From assembly GCA_964230645.1 (NCBI GenBank), contig CAXRHT010000002.1, positions 224,001 through 288,000 of the forward strand: a stretch of 64,000 nucleotides of DNA, read 5' to 3'. The number at the start of each line of letters is the position of its first letter. The first letter of the stretch is position 1. The notes below the pieces were generated by a model, which was given only the letters and a program-made list of their open reading frames with translations, was not told the DNA's origin and made no database searches. The translations under genes were made by a program, and so were the position numbers. Below are positions 27,923-37,543 of this stretch, piece by piece. This DNA is from Bdellovibrionales bacterium (lineage in GTDB: Bacteria > Bdellovibrionota > Bdellovibrionia > Bdellovibrionales > JAGQZY01).

Positions 27923-30900
27923 ATGAAATTCCTGCTGGTCTGCTTTGTGTTTTTTCTCCCTTTTACTTTTGCTGAGGTAACTTTAGCAGGTTCAACAAAA
28001 CAAAAGCATTCACCTAGAAAAATAGAATGGGGCTACAAGAAACTACCTATTTTAAAAAGACAAAAGAGGGATTACTTACCAAGACGCGTTCGTGTGGGAC
28101 GGAAAACATTTTTAAAAGCCCGCATGCAAAAAGGTTCCGCCACCCATCCTTACTGGGGCATTGAACAGCTTTATACCGATGTTCGTTTAGAGAAAATTGT
28201 GGCGGTGAAAAAACGAGTGGTCGTTAGTGGTGAAAATGTTGTGGGTGGTTGGAGAAAGTTAAATAAAGGCTATGTGCTTCATCTAAAAAGAGGCCAACTT
28301 GTAACAGCCTATTTCACCCAAGGATTAGATCACAGAGAGCGTTATTACTTGGAAAGAAAACTGCGCCGCGCTCATAAAGTCGCCCATTGGACCGAGCTTT
28401 TTTTCAAATCCGCTTATGCCAGTGAAGTGACGGGTGGAGGAGGCACCGGTGCAACTGACCCAGCTCGCCCCAGAGAACTAACAGGAGATGATTTTGGCCC
28501 AAGACAGATCGCTGTGCACACGGCGAAGTGTGTGGGCTCCTCGGTCGCTGAAGGGGCTGTGGAGGCAGTGGGAAATTCTTGGGAAGGCTTAAAGAGTGCG
28601 GGATCTTCGGTGCGCGATGCAGGCTCAGCCCTTGTGAACGATTTTCGAGGTTCCATGCAAAATGTTGGAAATTGGTTATGGGACCGGGGTGAAGCCGTGG
28701 TCGATGCCGGAGGACAGGCCGTAAACTATGTCGGCGAGGCGATCATAGATCCCAGCATGGTTCGCGATGACATCATGAATGCGGTCAACCAAACAGTGGA
28801 GGTCGCCCAAAGACTTTATCAAGCTCTCGCCAACACCATAACTGGCTGGGATGAACTGCCCGGCCCCATCAAAGCGGAAATAATGTGTATGGGAATTCTC
28901 ATCGGAGGCCCCACTTTGGCTGCAGGTCTACTAGCTTGGACCGGTGTGGGATCGGCTATGTCGGCAAGGCTTGCCGCATGGGTGGCCGGTTTTGCAGGGA
29001 GAGTGGCGGGAGTCCTTCCACAACTGATGCAAATTTGGAACAGTGCTAGTGGAAGTGTTCAAGAAAAAATGACTCAAATTAGACAGACTTGGACAAACTT
29101 TATGGAGGATGAGTCTTCAGGCTCTCCCACTCCCGTCACAACAGCTGGAGCGGCTAGTGGTAATGGAGATTATGTGGGATTTCGAAATCGATATCCCGAT
29201 GGGAGTGCTCGTAACCAAGCCATGGCCGCTAACCGCGCTTTGAACGATAGCGAAAGAATCTCCGCCATTGAGGAACAACTCGGCGTCACTCTGACAGCCT
29301 CCCAACGACAAAGACTTCTTGAAATTCATAATGTGCAATGTGCTTCTCAGACCTGTACGGCTCAGGAGATCAGAGACTTAAAAGATCTCCGCGGTGTCAT
29401 GGCGATGTTCCCCGATGTTCCAAGGGAAAGAGTTCTTGATCTTTACCGCTCAAACCTACTGGGAGGAGAAGAAGTGGATATGTCGGAATTTGCCGATCTT
29501 CTCAATCAACCCGCTTTTCCAAGAGCCCCTAGACAGACTCCTGATGAAATCGCGGCGGCTCGGTTAAGCGGAATGCAAAGCGACTTAAACAGTATTGACG
29601 AGAGAATCGCCCAACTTCAAGCCAATCCCAATCACTCCTCTATCGAGATGGCGGACCTTAGACGTCGAAGGAACTTACTTCTCAGTGCCATCGCAAGAGA
29701 AGAGGTGGAACAAGCCGATGTTGACATGAGTGAGTTTGAAGCTCTCTTGCAACAACCCGTTAATCTTTCTCGTAGAGATGCTGATGCTCCGGAAGGGGAA
29801 GCTGTAGAAATTGATCCCGATTCACGCTTGGCTCGTGATGCCTATGGAGCGAATGCCGATGAAGACGATCAAATGGGTGACGTGATGGCAGCAGTGAATC
29901 AAGAGATCACAGACGCTGACCGCGAAGAATTTCAGGCTTTACTTAGAATGACAGGAATTGAAAGACCGATTCTGGAAAGAGCCCACGATAGATTTGAAAG
30001 AGCCACCGAGACGGCTCCTGAATCTGCTCGTTATGTTTCGCCTTCCACAGGTGAAATGACCGACGTTCGCGTGATTGGGGTAGGTGAGGGTGAAGGACTG
30101 GATCAATTGGTTCGAGTTCGAGTTCGCACAGAAGATGGTCGTGTGGTAACTAGAAATGTTCGCATGGGATCTCTTGTTCCCGACGGAGAGGCTGACACTC
30201 TACAAGCCATAAGTGGCCCCAATGGCACTCAAGGTATTGTCGATGAGATGGCAAGGAACGCAACCAGTGACCGTGAAAGAATTAGAGAATTGGACCGGGA
30301 AATAGAGCAAGCCTCAAGAGATCGGGACATGGCAGCCTCAATAAAACTGACCAATGAACGCGACGAACTAGCAAGAAGAGACACCCCATTAAGAAACAAT
30401 GAGGTCGATGCCATTCAAGCCGTATCAGAAGCCTTTACTGCGGAAGGTGTGGCCGAGCGTATTCCTCTTAATGTTTTACCCAATGGACAGATCCAAATAC
30501 GGCCGGGCTACAATGGGCGAGAGTTAAGTTTCACGCCAGAAGAGATGAGAGACTTTCAAAGAGTGCAGTCCTATGTGGATGCAAGAAGGGGAGCAGCAAG
30601 GGCCGAAGAAGACCAGGCTTTATTTCAAAGAGTGAGTGAACTCAACCCCAATGAACTTTTAAGGCAAAGAGCTTTGAACCGCCAACGACAACTCACCCGT
30701 GAGATGGCAAGCTTTACTAACAATCGATCAAGGCCTTATGAGATTCCTCGTTTTGCAGAGTACAGACAGTATGACCCTAGAAGCCTTTCACAGGCCTACG
30801 GATCTTCAAGCTCCATTCGCCAAGCTCTCGAAACGGTTGATACAATTATTCGCTCACCCAGTCCCACTTTAGGGACACAAGACATCACTCAACTTAATCG

Positions 30901-31033
30901 TGCATTGGGAACTTTAACGGATCGAAGATATCAAAATATTATCAACGAAAACCCAGCGCTCAGAGACTACCTTAACTTCGCCGCCAACCGAGCAGCGGAA
31001 TCCTCACTTCGTCATATGCGAGACGGACTTTAG
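27923..31033 (+). CDS. Large secreted hypothetical protein (1036 aa)
   Basis: Signal peptide, basic N-terminal domain, Gly/Ala-rich hydrophobic middle, helical acidic C-terminal half. Confidence 0.75.
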   Translation: MKFLLVCFVFFLPFTFAEVTLAGSTKQKHSPRKIEWGYKKLPILKRQKRDYLPRRVRVGRKTFLKARMQKGSATHPYWGIEQLYTDVRLEKIVAVKKRVVVSGENVVGGWRKLNKGYVLHLKRGQLVTAYFTQGLDHRERYYLERKLRRAHKVAHWTELFFKSAYASEVTGGGGTGATDPARPRELTGDDFGPRQIAVHTAKCVGSSVAEGAVEAVGNSWEGLKSAGSSVRDAGSALVNDFRGSMQNVGNWLWDRGEAVVDAGGQAVNYVGEAIIDPSMVRDDIMNAVNQTVEVAQRLYQALANTITGWDELPGPIKAEIMCMGILIGGPTLAAGLLAWTGVGSAMSARLAAWVAGFAGRVAGVLPQLMQIWNSASGSVQEKMTQIRQTWTNFMEDESSGSPTPVTTAGAASGNGDYVGFRNRYPDGSARNQAMAANRALNDSERISAIEEQLGVTLTASQRQRLLEIHNVQCASQTCTAQEIRDLKDLRGVMAMFPDVPRERVLDLYRSNLLGGEEVDMSEFADLLNQPAFPRAPRQTPDEIAAARLSGMQSDLNSIDERIAQLQANPNHSSIEMADLRRRRNLLLSAIAREEVEQADVDMSEFEALLQQPVNLSRRDADAPEGEAVEIDPDSRLARDAYGANADEDDQMGDVMAAVNQEITDADREEFQALLRMTGIERPILERAHDRFERATETAPESARYVSPSTGEMTDVRVIGVGEGEGLDQLVRVRVRTEDGRVVTRNVRMGSLVPDGEADTLQAISGPNGTQGIVDEMARNATSDRERIRELDREIEQASRDRDMAASIKLTNERDELARRDTPLRNNEVDAIQAVSEAFTAEGVAERIPLNVLPNGQIQIRPGYNGRELSFTPEEMRDFQRVQSYVDARRGAARAEEDQALFQRVSELNPNELLRQRALNRQRQLTREMASFTNNRSRPYEIPRFAEYRQYDPRSLSQAYGSSSSIRQALETVDTIIRSPSPTLGTQDITQLNRALGTLTDRRYQNIINENPALRDYLNFAANRAAESSLRHMRDGL

Positions 31034-31035
31034 TA

Positions 31036-31063
31036 GAAAACAGGGGCTAAGCCCCCTGTTTTC
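31036..31063. terminator. Intrinsic terminator
   Basis: GAAAACAGGGG / CCCCTGTTTTC inverted repeat directly after the stop. Confidence 0.75.
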
Positions 31064-31109
31064 GATCTGATCGTTCAAAAAGCCTTGAACTTCTAAGAAA
31101 TTCGATATA

Positions 31110-31127
31110 TGTATGTTTTATGTAAGT
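31110..31127 (-). promoter_or_regulatory. Direct-repeat operator (reverse complement ACTTACATAAAACATACA) upstream of the radical SAM-UdgX operon
   Basis: TGTATGT-TTTA-TGTAAGT on + strand, between a TTGAAC -35 candidate (31085) and the GGAGG RBS (31143). Confidence 0.7.
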
Positions 31128-31154
31128 AATTTGCGCCTAACCGGAGGCCTCAAC

Positions 31155-32408
31155 ATGGATGTACAGAAAAAACTTGAAATACTGGCCGATGCGGCCAAAT
31201 ACGATGCTTCTTGCGCCAGCAGTGGATCTAAAAGAAAAGCTAAAAAAGGGTTCTTGGGAGACTCCAACTCTGTTGGAATTTGCCATAGCTACACACCCGA
31301 TGGACGATGCGTTTCTCTTTTAAAAGTTCTTTTTAGCAATCACTGTATTTATGATTGCAAATACTGTGTGAACCGAGTGACAAGCGATGTCCCACGCGCC
31401 AGTTTTACGGTGCAAGAAATCGTGGACCTTACCATCAACTTTTATAAAAGAAACTATATTGAAGGCCTCTTTTTAAGCTCTGGAATATTCAAGGACTCAG
31501 ACACCACAATGAACCAACTCACGGAGGTGGCTAGAAAGCTCCGTGTAGAGGAAAGGTTCAATGGCTACATTCATCTTAAAGCTGTGGCCGGAGCCAGTGA
31601 CGAAGTTCTGGCTGAGGCCAGTCTTTATGCCGATCGGCTCAGTGCCAATATCGAACTCTCTGAAGATCAGGAACTAAAAGAATTAGCCCCAGGAAAAACC
31701 CATGCCTCCGTTTTTCAAGCCATGGGAAAACTCAAAGAGGTAAAATCTGAGGGAGCCACCGAACAGAAGAGCCGACTTCCCTCTGCTTTAAAAAATCGCC
31801 TCACGCCAGCCGGACAAAGCACACAAATGATCGTGGGAGCCACGGGGAGCGCAGACCGAAGTCTACTTAAAAGGTCCAGTGAGCTCTATTCACGCTTTGA
31901 ACTCAAAAGAGTCTATTACTCCTCCTACAGTCCAATTCAAAAAAGCTCTCCTCTTCTTCCCTCCAAACAACCGGAACTCGTTAGAGAGCATCGACTCTAT
32001 CAAGCCGACTGGCTTATGCGTTTTTATGGGTTTTCTACGGATGAAATTGTACCAGAAAGTCATCCCCATTTGAGTCTTGAGCAAGACCCTAAACTCAGTT
32101 GGGCTTTAAGAAATCGTCACCTTTTCCCAGTGGACGTCAATAAAGCGGATAAAGAGTCCCTTTTAAGAGTCCCTGGTCTTGGCGTGCGGAATGTTCAGCG
32201 CATCCTTTCAGCCAGACGTTTTAAAAGATTGCGTTACCAAGATTTAGTGAAGATGAATCTACAAATGGCGCGAGCGAAGTACTTTCTATTGACCTCAGAC
32301 TTTAACCCCTTTGCCATGCGCCTTGATGACCAATCTCTTCAGTTCAGGCAAGAAGAGCAGCTTTCCTTTTTCTCAGAACAATTCTCTGGTCTCACAGGCG
32401 AGGTCTAG
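31155..32408 (+). CDS. Putative DNA modification/repair radical SAM protein (TIGR03916-type)
   Basis: ADAAKYDASCASSG, GICHSYTPDGRC, CIYDCKYC, REHRLYQADWL and HhH LLRVPGLG motifs; start ATG 31155 after GGAGG. Confidence 0.93.
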   Translation: MDVQKKLEILADAAKYDASCASSGSKRKAKKGFLGDSNSVGICHSYTPDGRCVSLLKVLFSNHCIYDCKYCVNRVTSDVPRASFTVQEIVDLTINFYKRNYIEGLFLSSGIFKDSDTTMNQLTEVARKLRVEERFNGYIHLKAVAGASDEVLAEASLYADRLSANIELSEDQELKELAPGKTHASVFQAMGKLKEVKSEGATEQKSRLPSALKNRLTPAGQSTQMIVGATGSADRSLLKRSSELYSRFELKRVYYSSYSPIQKSSPLLPSKQPELVREHRLYQADWLMRFYGFSTDEIVPESHPHLSLEQDPKLSWALRNRHLFPVDVNKADKESLLRVPGLGVRNVQRILSARRFKRLRYQDLVKMNLQMARAKYFLLTSDFNPFAMRLDDQSLQFRQEEQLSFFSEQFSGLTGEV

Positions 32409-32410
32409 AG

Positions 32411-33793
32411 ATGCTTTATCCCACCTATGAGCAGTGGCTAAAATCCCAGATTGAAAACCAACCTGAGATTGAACTCTCAAACCAGCTCCCCCAACAAATA
32501 AGTTTTCTTGATGGACTATCTCCTCGAGAGTCCAATAAGAAACCATTTACCATTGAAAAATATAAGAATGATAAGCGCTTACAAAAAGTTGTTGAACCTG
32601 TTTTTATACATTCTGACCCTGAACGTTTTAAAATCCTGCAGAGTTTTTTTAAAGACTATCAGCAAGACCCTAAACAAATGTTCAACCCTCTCAACCCTCA
32701 TGTGAAAAAAATTGAGCGCTTCACCAAACAGGTGGGTCGTGACATCCATAAAATGCGAGCCTTTGTGCGCTTTAAAGAACAGATAAGAGAGGGCATTAAA
32801 CTTTATGTTGCCTATTATGAACCCGACCATTTTATTTTAAAGAAGAACACGGAATTCTTTGTGCGGCGATTCAATTCCATGAATTGGCTTATTATCACTC
32901 CCCACGCTTGGGCTCTATGGAACCAGAAACAACTCTTGTATGAAGAGGAGAGGTTAAAAAAACCGAATCTTGATGAAGATGGCTTTGAAGAACTATGGAA
33001 GACCTATTACTCAAAAATTTTCAATCCCGCCCGGGTAAAGATTAAGGCCATGAAAAATGAGATGCCAACACGCTTCTGGAAGAACCTTCCTGAAGCGGAA
33101 TGCATCGCGCCTCTTATTCAATCAGCCCCTACGAGGGTGTCCAATATGGTCACCACCCAAAAGTCTCATTTTCGAAAACCTTCTTTTAGCACATTGAGAG
33201 AACTCAATTCGAGTATAAAAAACTGCCAGGCCTGTAATCTCTGCCAACTTCCTACTCAAGCCGTGGTAGGGGAGGGCCCCAAGCAAGCTCGGCTGATGAT
33301 TGTGGGAGAAGCCCCTGGAGATGAAGAGGAAAAAAGGGGACGACCTTTTGTTGGACCTGCCGGCAAGGTTTTAAGGAAAGTTTTAAAAGATTTGGGCGAA
33401 GACGTGGGGAATATTTATTTAACCAATGCTGTAAAACATTTTAACTACAGGAAGTCTGGAAAACTTAGAATTCACAAAAACCCGGAGGCTCAACATATCA
33501 TGCACTGTCATGGCATACTACAAACGGAGATCAAACTACAAAAACCTCAATTGATTTTAGGCCTGGGGCGCTCGGCGGCTCACTCGCTTTTTGGTTTCTC
33601 AGTTTCTCTTTCAAACTACCGAGGGATACTCACAAAAACAGTGGACGACACCCCTTGTGTGATCAGTCACCATCCGGCCAGGCTTTTAAGGGAAAAAGAC
33701 CCGGCAAGACGTGAGCAATTAACCAAAGAGTTTCGCCAAGACATTCAACTAGCCTTGCGGACTCTTGAGCGGACAAAAGAATTAGTCGTCTAA
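32411..33793 (+). CDS. udgX: DUF4130 (TIGR03915) domain fused to UdgX-family uracil-DNA binding protein
   Basis: DIHKMRAFVRF and LWKTYY..IFNPARVK..AM..EMP..FWKNLPEA; then CQACNLC, VGEAPG, PFVGPAG, TNAVKHF, KLRIH and HP motifs. Confidence 0.88.
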   Translation: MLYPTYEQWLKSQIENQPEIELSNQLPQQISFLDGLSPRESNKKPFTIEKYKNDKRLQKVVEPVFIHSDPERFKILQSFFKDYQQDPKQMFNPLNPHVKKIERFTKQVGRDIHKMRAFVRFKEQIREGIKLYVAYYEPDHFILKKNTEFFVRRFNSMNWLIITPHAWALWNQKQLLYEEERLKKPNLDEDGFEELWKTYYSKIFNPARVKIKAMKNEMPTRFWKNLPEAECIAPLIQSAPTRVSNMVTTQKSHFRKPSFSTLRELNSSIKNCQACNLCQLPTQAVVGEGPKQARLMIVGEAPGDEEEKRGRPFVGPAGKVLRKVLKDLGEDVGNIYLTNAVKHFNYRKSGKLRIHKNPEAQHIMHCHGILQTEIKLQKPQLILGLGRSAAHSLFGFSVSLSNYRGILTKTVDDTPCVISHHPARLLREKDPARREQLTKEFRQDIQLALRTLERTKELVV

Positions 33794-34285
33794 AGAAAGA
33801 ACGATCACCGCTTTTTTTGGAGCCCCTTTTTGTTTGTAGATTTGGTACTTCCGTTCGTAAACCTCATCATCTTCTGTACTCTCGGAGATCGCTGATTTGA
33901 AGTCATCTAACTGGAATACGCGAACAAACCAATTGGAGCCTTCGGCCATATTGTAGGCTTCCATATCATCAACGTCGGCTTTGGTTTTTTTGATATAATC
34001 TTTAATCGCTTTGATACGATTTTTTGCGATGCTCCTTTGCTGTTTATCAAGGCTCTTTTTCACCCCAGGGAAGTCCTCATCGGCCCAGACAGCCATATGC
34101 ACATCGATTTCTTTTTTATCGAGGGCTGCACTTTTAAGAATCGCATCAATCTCTTTACTATGCTTGGCGTTAAGTTCTGTCACTCCCGTATCGAAATCCA
34201 AAACAATGGATTGCATATTTTCGCCCGCAGACCAGGCGCTTAGTGGCAGAATTAAAAAAGCGACTAAAGTTAGAATCTGTTTCAT
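33782..34285 (-). CDS. Secreted hypothetical protein, remotely OmpA-C-like
   Basis: AAGGAGG RBS, signal peptide, FDTGVTEL...AVWAD...AKNRIKAIKDYI pattern. Confidence 0.6.
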   Translation of the reverse strand: MKQILTLVAFLILPLSAWSAGENMQSIVLDFDTGVTELNAKHSKEIDAILKSAALDKKEIDVHMAVWADEDFPGVKKSLDKQQRSIAKNRIKAIKDYIKKTKADVDDMEAYNMAEGSNWFVRVFQLDDFKSAISESTEDDEVYERKYQIYKQKGAPKKAVIVLSLDD

Positions 34286-34495
34286 TGTGAAACCTCCTTA
34301 TCATTAATTTTTAACAATACAGTTTTCCAATTGGGGATACATGGAGACTTTCTCAATAGGTTGTGCCCGAATCTACAAATCAATCGTATTAGAGAACACT
34401 TCCCACTATTTTGGCAAAATTTGGTTGCCTGTTTTTTCAATGATAAATACTCTCTCATTTCGTTTATTTTAATTGCAGATAAGGAGAAATCTAAG

Positions 34496-34927
34496 GTGAG
34501 TGGATTTATAACAGGTTTTCGTAAGTTTATTGCTCGTGGCAACTTGATGGACTTGGCTATCGGGGTCATGGTCGGGGGAGCATTTAGCTCTCTAGTAAAG
34601 TCTTTTGTGGACGATATTCTCTCCCCTTTGGTGGGAATCTTTCTCGGGCACAGCAAAATGGAGAGCTGGAGTTTTAAATTTGAAGTTCCTGGAATCAGCG
34701 AAGCCGGTGCATCCAAACCGGTGATTTTAAGTTATGGTAAGTTTATCCAGACTTCCATTGATTTCATAATTCTAGCTTTTGTCATTTACTGCCTCTTTAA
34801 GGTGGTGACAAAAGTTCGTGAAAAAGCCGAAGATCCGAAAGACACGAGTGTTCCCACACCAAAGGATATTGAGCTTCTCACAGAGATTAGAGACGCTCTC
34901 ACTACAAAACAGGCGCCAAAATCTTAA
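34496..34927 (+). CDS. mscL: Large-conductance mechanosensitive channel
   Basis: FRKFIARGNLMDLAIGVMVGGAF, YGKFIQ and ELLTEIRD motifs; GTG start 34496 after AAGGAG. Confidence 0.95.
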   Translation: MSGFITGFRKFIARGNLMDLAIGVMVGGAFSSLVKSFVDDILSPLVGIFLGHSKMESWSFKFEVPGISEAGASKPVILSYGKFIQTSIDFIILAFVIYCLFKVVTKVREKAEDPKDTSVPTPKDIELLTEIRDALTTKQAPKS

Positions 34928-34947
34928 TCTTTTTGAAAGCCTAAGGG

Positions 34948-34973
34948 GAGGAGAAATGTCTACGTTTCTCCTC
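34948..34973 (+). terminator. Hairpin after mscL, possible terminator
   Basis: GAGGAGAAA / TTTCTCCTC stem; weak U tract. Confidence 0.4.
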
Positions 34974-35044
34974 ATAATTTTAAAACCTGAGAAGAGACCT
35001 ACTCTAAAAATCCTTTATCCTGTTTTTCTATGGGAGGTCCAAAT

Positions 35045-36049
35045 ATGTCAAATAAACAGTTAATTCTCAAAAGTCGTCCAAAAACTTATCCTGAGCCCTC
35101 AAACTTTGAACTCGTGGATCAGAACTTGAATGAACTTAAAGACAATCAAGTCAAAGTGCAAATCCAGTGCATTTCTCTAGATCCAGCGATGCGAGGCTGG
35201 ATTGAGGATCAAGAGTCCTATATTGAACCTGTGAAAATTGGCTCTGTGATGAGAGCCTTTGCCGCCGGAGTGGTGGAGGAATCAAAAAGTAAGGACTTTA
35301 AAAAGGGCGATTCTGTGGTGGGACTATTAGGAGTGAGAGACTACGCAATTGCTGACAGTAAGGATATCTATAAGGTTGATCCCGATGTAGCCCCCCTTGA
35401 AACTTGGGTCGGAGGCCTAGGAATGCCCGGATTGACCGCTTATTTCGGTATGACAGAGATTGCAAACATGAAAAAAGGCGAAACGATTGTTGTTTCGGCA
35501 GCCTCAGGAGCTGTTGGGCAAGTGGTGGGCCAATTGGCAAAAAACCAAGGAGCCCGAGTCATTGGGATCGCTGGGGGGAAAGAAAAGTGTGATCTGATTA
35601 AAAAGGAATTTGGTTTTGATGAGAGCATTGATTACAAAAACTCTAAAGTCTCTGAGGAACTCGATCAACTTTGCCCCGATGGTTTTGATGTTTACTGGGA
35701 AAGTGTGGGCGGTCCTATTGCTAACGCTGCGATTGCGCGTGTGAAAACCCATGGGCGAGTGGTTTTATGTGGTATGATCTCAAATTACAATGAACCTGAT
35801 GAGATGGGATTAAGCCTTGAAGCCTATGGAAATCTTTTGAAAAATCGCATTCAACTGCAAGGCTTTGTGATCCTGGACTATATGGATCGCAGCGAAGAGG
35901 GGATTAAAGAACTCTCCAAACTCAAAAAACAAGGCAATCTCACTTTCAAAGATGACGTTCGACAAGTGGGACTTGATAAGTTCACCGAAACCCTCAATGA
36001 TCTCTATTCGGGAGACAACAAGGGCAAGCTAGTGATGAAAATCCATTGA
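35045..36049 (+). CDS. NADP-dependent MDR oxidoreductase (CurA/YncB/PTGR-like)
   Basis: SLDPAMRGW, GMPGLTAYFG, VSAASGAVG and GDNKGKLV motifs; start ATG 35045 after GGGAGG. Confidence 0.9.
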   Translation: MSNKQLILKSRPKTYPEPSNFELVDQNLNELKDNQVKVQIQCISLDPAMRGWIEDQESYIEPVKIGSVMRAFAAGVVEESKSKDFKKGDSVVGLLGVRDYAIADSKDIYKVDPDVAPLETWVGGLGMPGLTAYFGMTEIANMKKGETIVVSAASGAVGQVVGQLAKNQGARVIGIAGGKEKCDLIKKEFGFDESIDYKNSKVSEELDQLCPDGFDVYWESVGGPIANAAIARVKTHGRVVLCGMISNYNEPDEMGLSLEAYGNLLKNRIQLQGFVILDYMDRSEEGIKELSKLKKQGNLTFKDDVRQVGLDKFTETLNDLYSGDNKGKLVMKIH

Positions 36050-36244
36050 AACTTTACTAGCGAAGACTTTTATCAAAAAGTTATACGAACTACGGGACTT
36101 TTTGAAGGTGATTTTGAAATGGGTAAGCAACACCTAAAACTCGTTGTTAAATCGTCTTAGTCACACCTTTTTGTACAATTCTGTGTAGTTAGTTACACGC
36201 TAACTACACTTGCTAGTTTTAAAAGACACTTTTAGATTTGGGCA

Positions 36245-37543
36245 ATGGAAGTTCAAAAATTAGACCCTAATAATATTCCAAGTGATAGAAATTTTTCCTT
36301 GCTGTCAGAACTAATTTGTGAGGACTACCCCTGCGTTATGGCTCAGGCTATGCTAAAAAAGGGAAGTATTTTTGAAGCTCAAGGTAAAAGTTCTTGTCCG
36401 GTCAAACTCAGTCAACAGATTAGACGATCGCTTGCAGACTTTGAACGAAATTACCCTAGCACTGAAACGGAACTTCAAACCTTCATCTTCTATCTTCCTG
36501 GTTTAAGCAATGCCTCCTTTGAAAAAAGTGAAAAGGTATTCTGGGGTTTAGTTGGGAGACTTCTCTCCGAAAGCCACTCTCGGGATACAAGTCCATCCCA
36601 AAATTTAGAAGATATCATAAGGGATCCCAACTTTTCCCTAAAAGTGAATAATGTGGAATACTTTCTGATTTTTCTTCATCCCAAAAGTCCTAGGAAAGCG
36701 CGACGATTAGCACAGCCTGCAATTGTCTTTAACCGCTTCAGTCAGTTTGAATCTTTACGAGACGAAGGAGTTTTTGAAATGATCAAGAAACAAATCCGTG
36801 AACGAGATAAAAGTTATAGTGGCTCAGTGAATCCTATGGTCGCCGATCATGGAGAATCTAGTGAAATTTTGCAATACTCCGGGAGAGATTACTCATCGGA
36901 GAGCGGTTGCCCCTTCCAATCAATTGCAAAAAACTTCCAGACCATTCCCCCTCGTTCAGGCATGGCCCTTAAAATAGAAAAAGGCGATTTTCTGACTGTT
37001 TTTGATCCTGAAGGGGAGCAGGTGAGTGACCTTTTTTGTTTCAACGCCCAAGATAGAAATGAGTATTTCTCAAGTGGACGAACTATTGATTACAACTCAA
37101 AGCTGTTTTTAGGTGAGGGCGATTACCTTTATTCATCCGAAAGTCGAAAAATGCTTAAAATTATGCAAGATGATGTAGGGCGACATGACCTCCTACTAAC
37201 ACCTTGTTCCAGCGATACTTTCAAACTCCTCTATGAGGGTGAGCCCTTCCACCGTGGATGCCAGGGTAACCTCATCGCTGCTTTTAAAAATTATGACATA
37301 GACCTTCAAAACCTGCCCTCAGCTTTTAACATATTTATGAATGTCACTGTCGATTCTAGTAGTGGTCAAATTGAGGTTTTAGCCCCAAAATCAAAGCCAG
37401 GAGACAAAATAACTTTTCAAGCCCAAATGGATCTTATAGTTGGCTTGACGGCTTGTTCAGCACCTATGTCAAACGCCGGAGTCTGTAAAAAAATAAACTT
37501 CCTTCATTCACAGAAAGATTCGAATCTGGAGGTTCTGAGATGA
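36245..37543 (+). CDS. Fusion of YqcI/YcgG (GntA/DcsA-like heme protein) and DUF1989 (urea carboxylase-associated) domains
   Basis: N half: YPCVMA, HPKSPRKARR, IVFN..QFE.LR, QYSGR, GCPF; C half: DPEGEQVSDL, GRHDLLLTPC, GCQGN, AFNIFMNV, LTACSA. Confidence 0.82.
   Translation: MEVQKLDPNNIPSDRNFSLLSELICEDYPCVMAQAMLKKGSIFEAQGKSSCPVKLSQQIRRSLADFERNYPSTETELQTFIFYLPGLSNASFEKSEKVFWGLVGRLLSESHSRDTSPSQNLEDIIRDPNFSLKVNNVEYFLIFLHPKSPRKARRLAQPAIVFNRFSQFESLRDEGVFEMIKKQIRERDKSYSGSVNPMVADHGESSEILQYSGRDYSSESGCPFQSIAKNFQTIPPRSGMALKIEKGDFLTVFDPEGEQVSDLFCFNAQDRNEYFSSGRTIDYNSKLFLGEGDYLYSSESRKMLKIMQDDVGRHDLLLTPCSSDTFKLLYEGEPFHRGCQGNLIAAFKNYDIDLQNLPSAFNIFMNVTVDSSSGQIEVLAPKSKPGDKITFQAQMDLIVGLTACSAPMSNAGVCKKINFLHSQKDSNLEVLR

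Noticed and set aside
34331..34495. N-terminal extension of MscL (likewise the track starts at 6669, 8176 and 31113)
   Set aside because: Downstream starts have clear Shine-Dalgarno sequences and match where family homology begins.
36191..36208. Fourth copy of the SOS-like direct repeat (AGTTACA-CGCT-AACTACA)
   Set aside because: Three half-site mismatches, a non-AT spacer, better explained by the local inverted repeat, and the downstream gene is not a repair gene.
36050..36244. Guanidine riboswitch ahead of the DUF1989 fusion
   Set aside because: No paired ACGR-loop hairpins (class II) and no recognisable ykkC class I or III consensus by eye.
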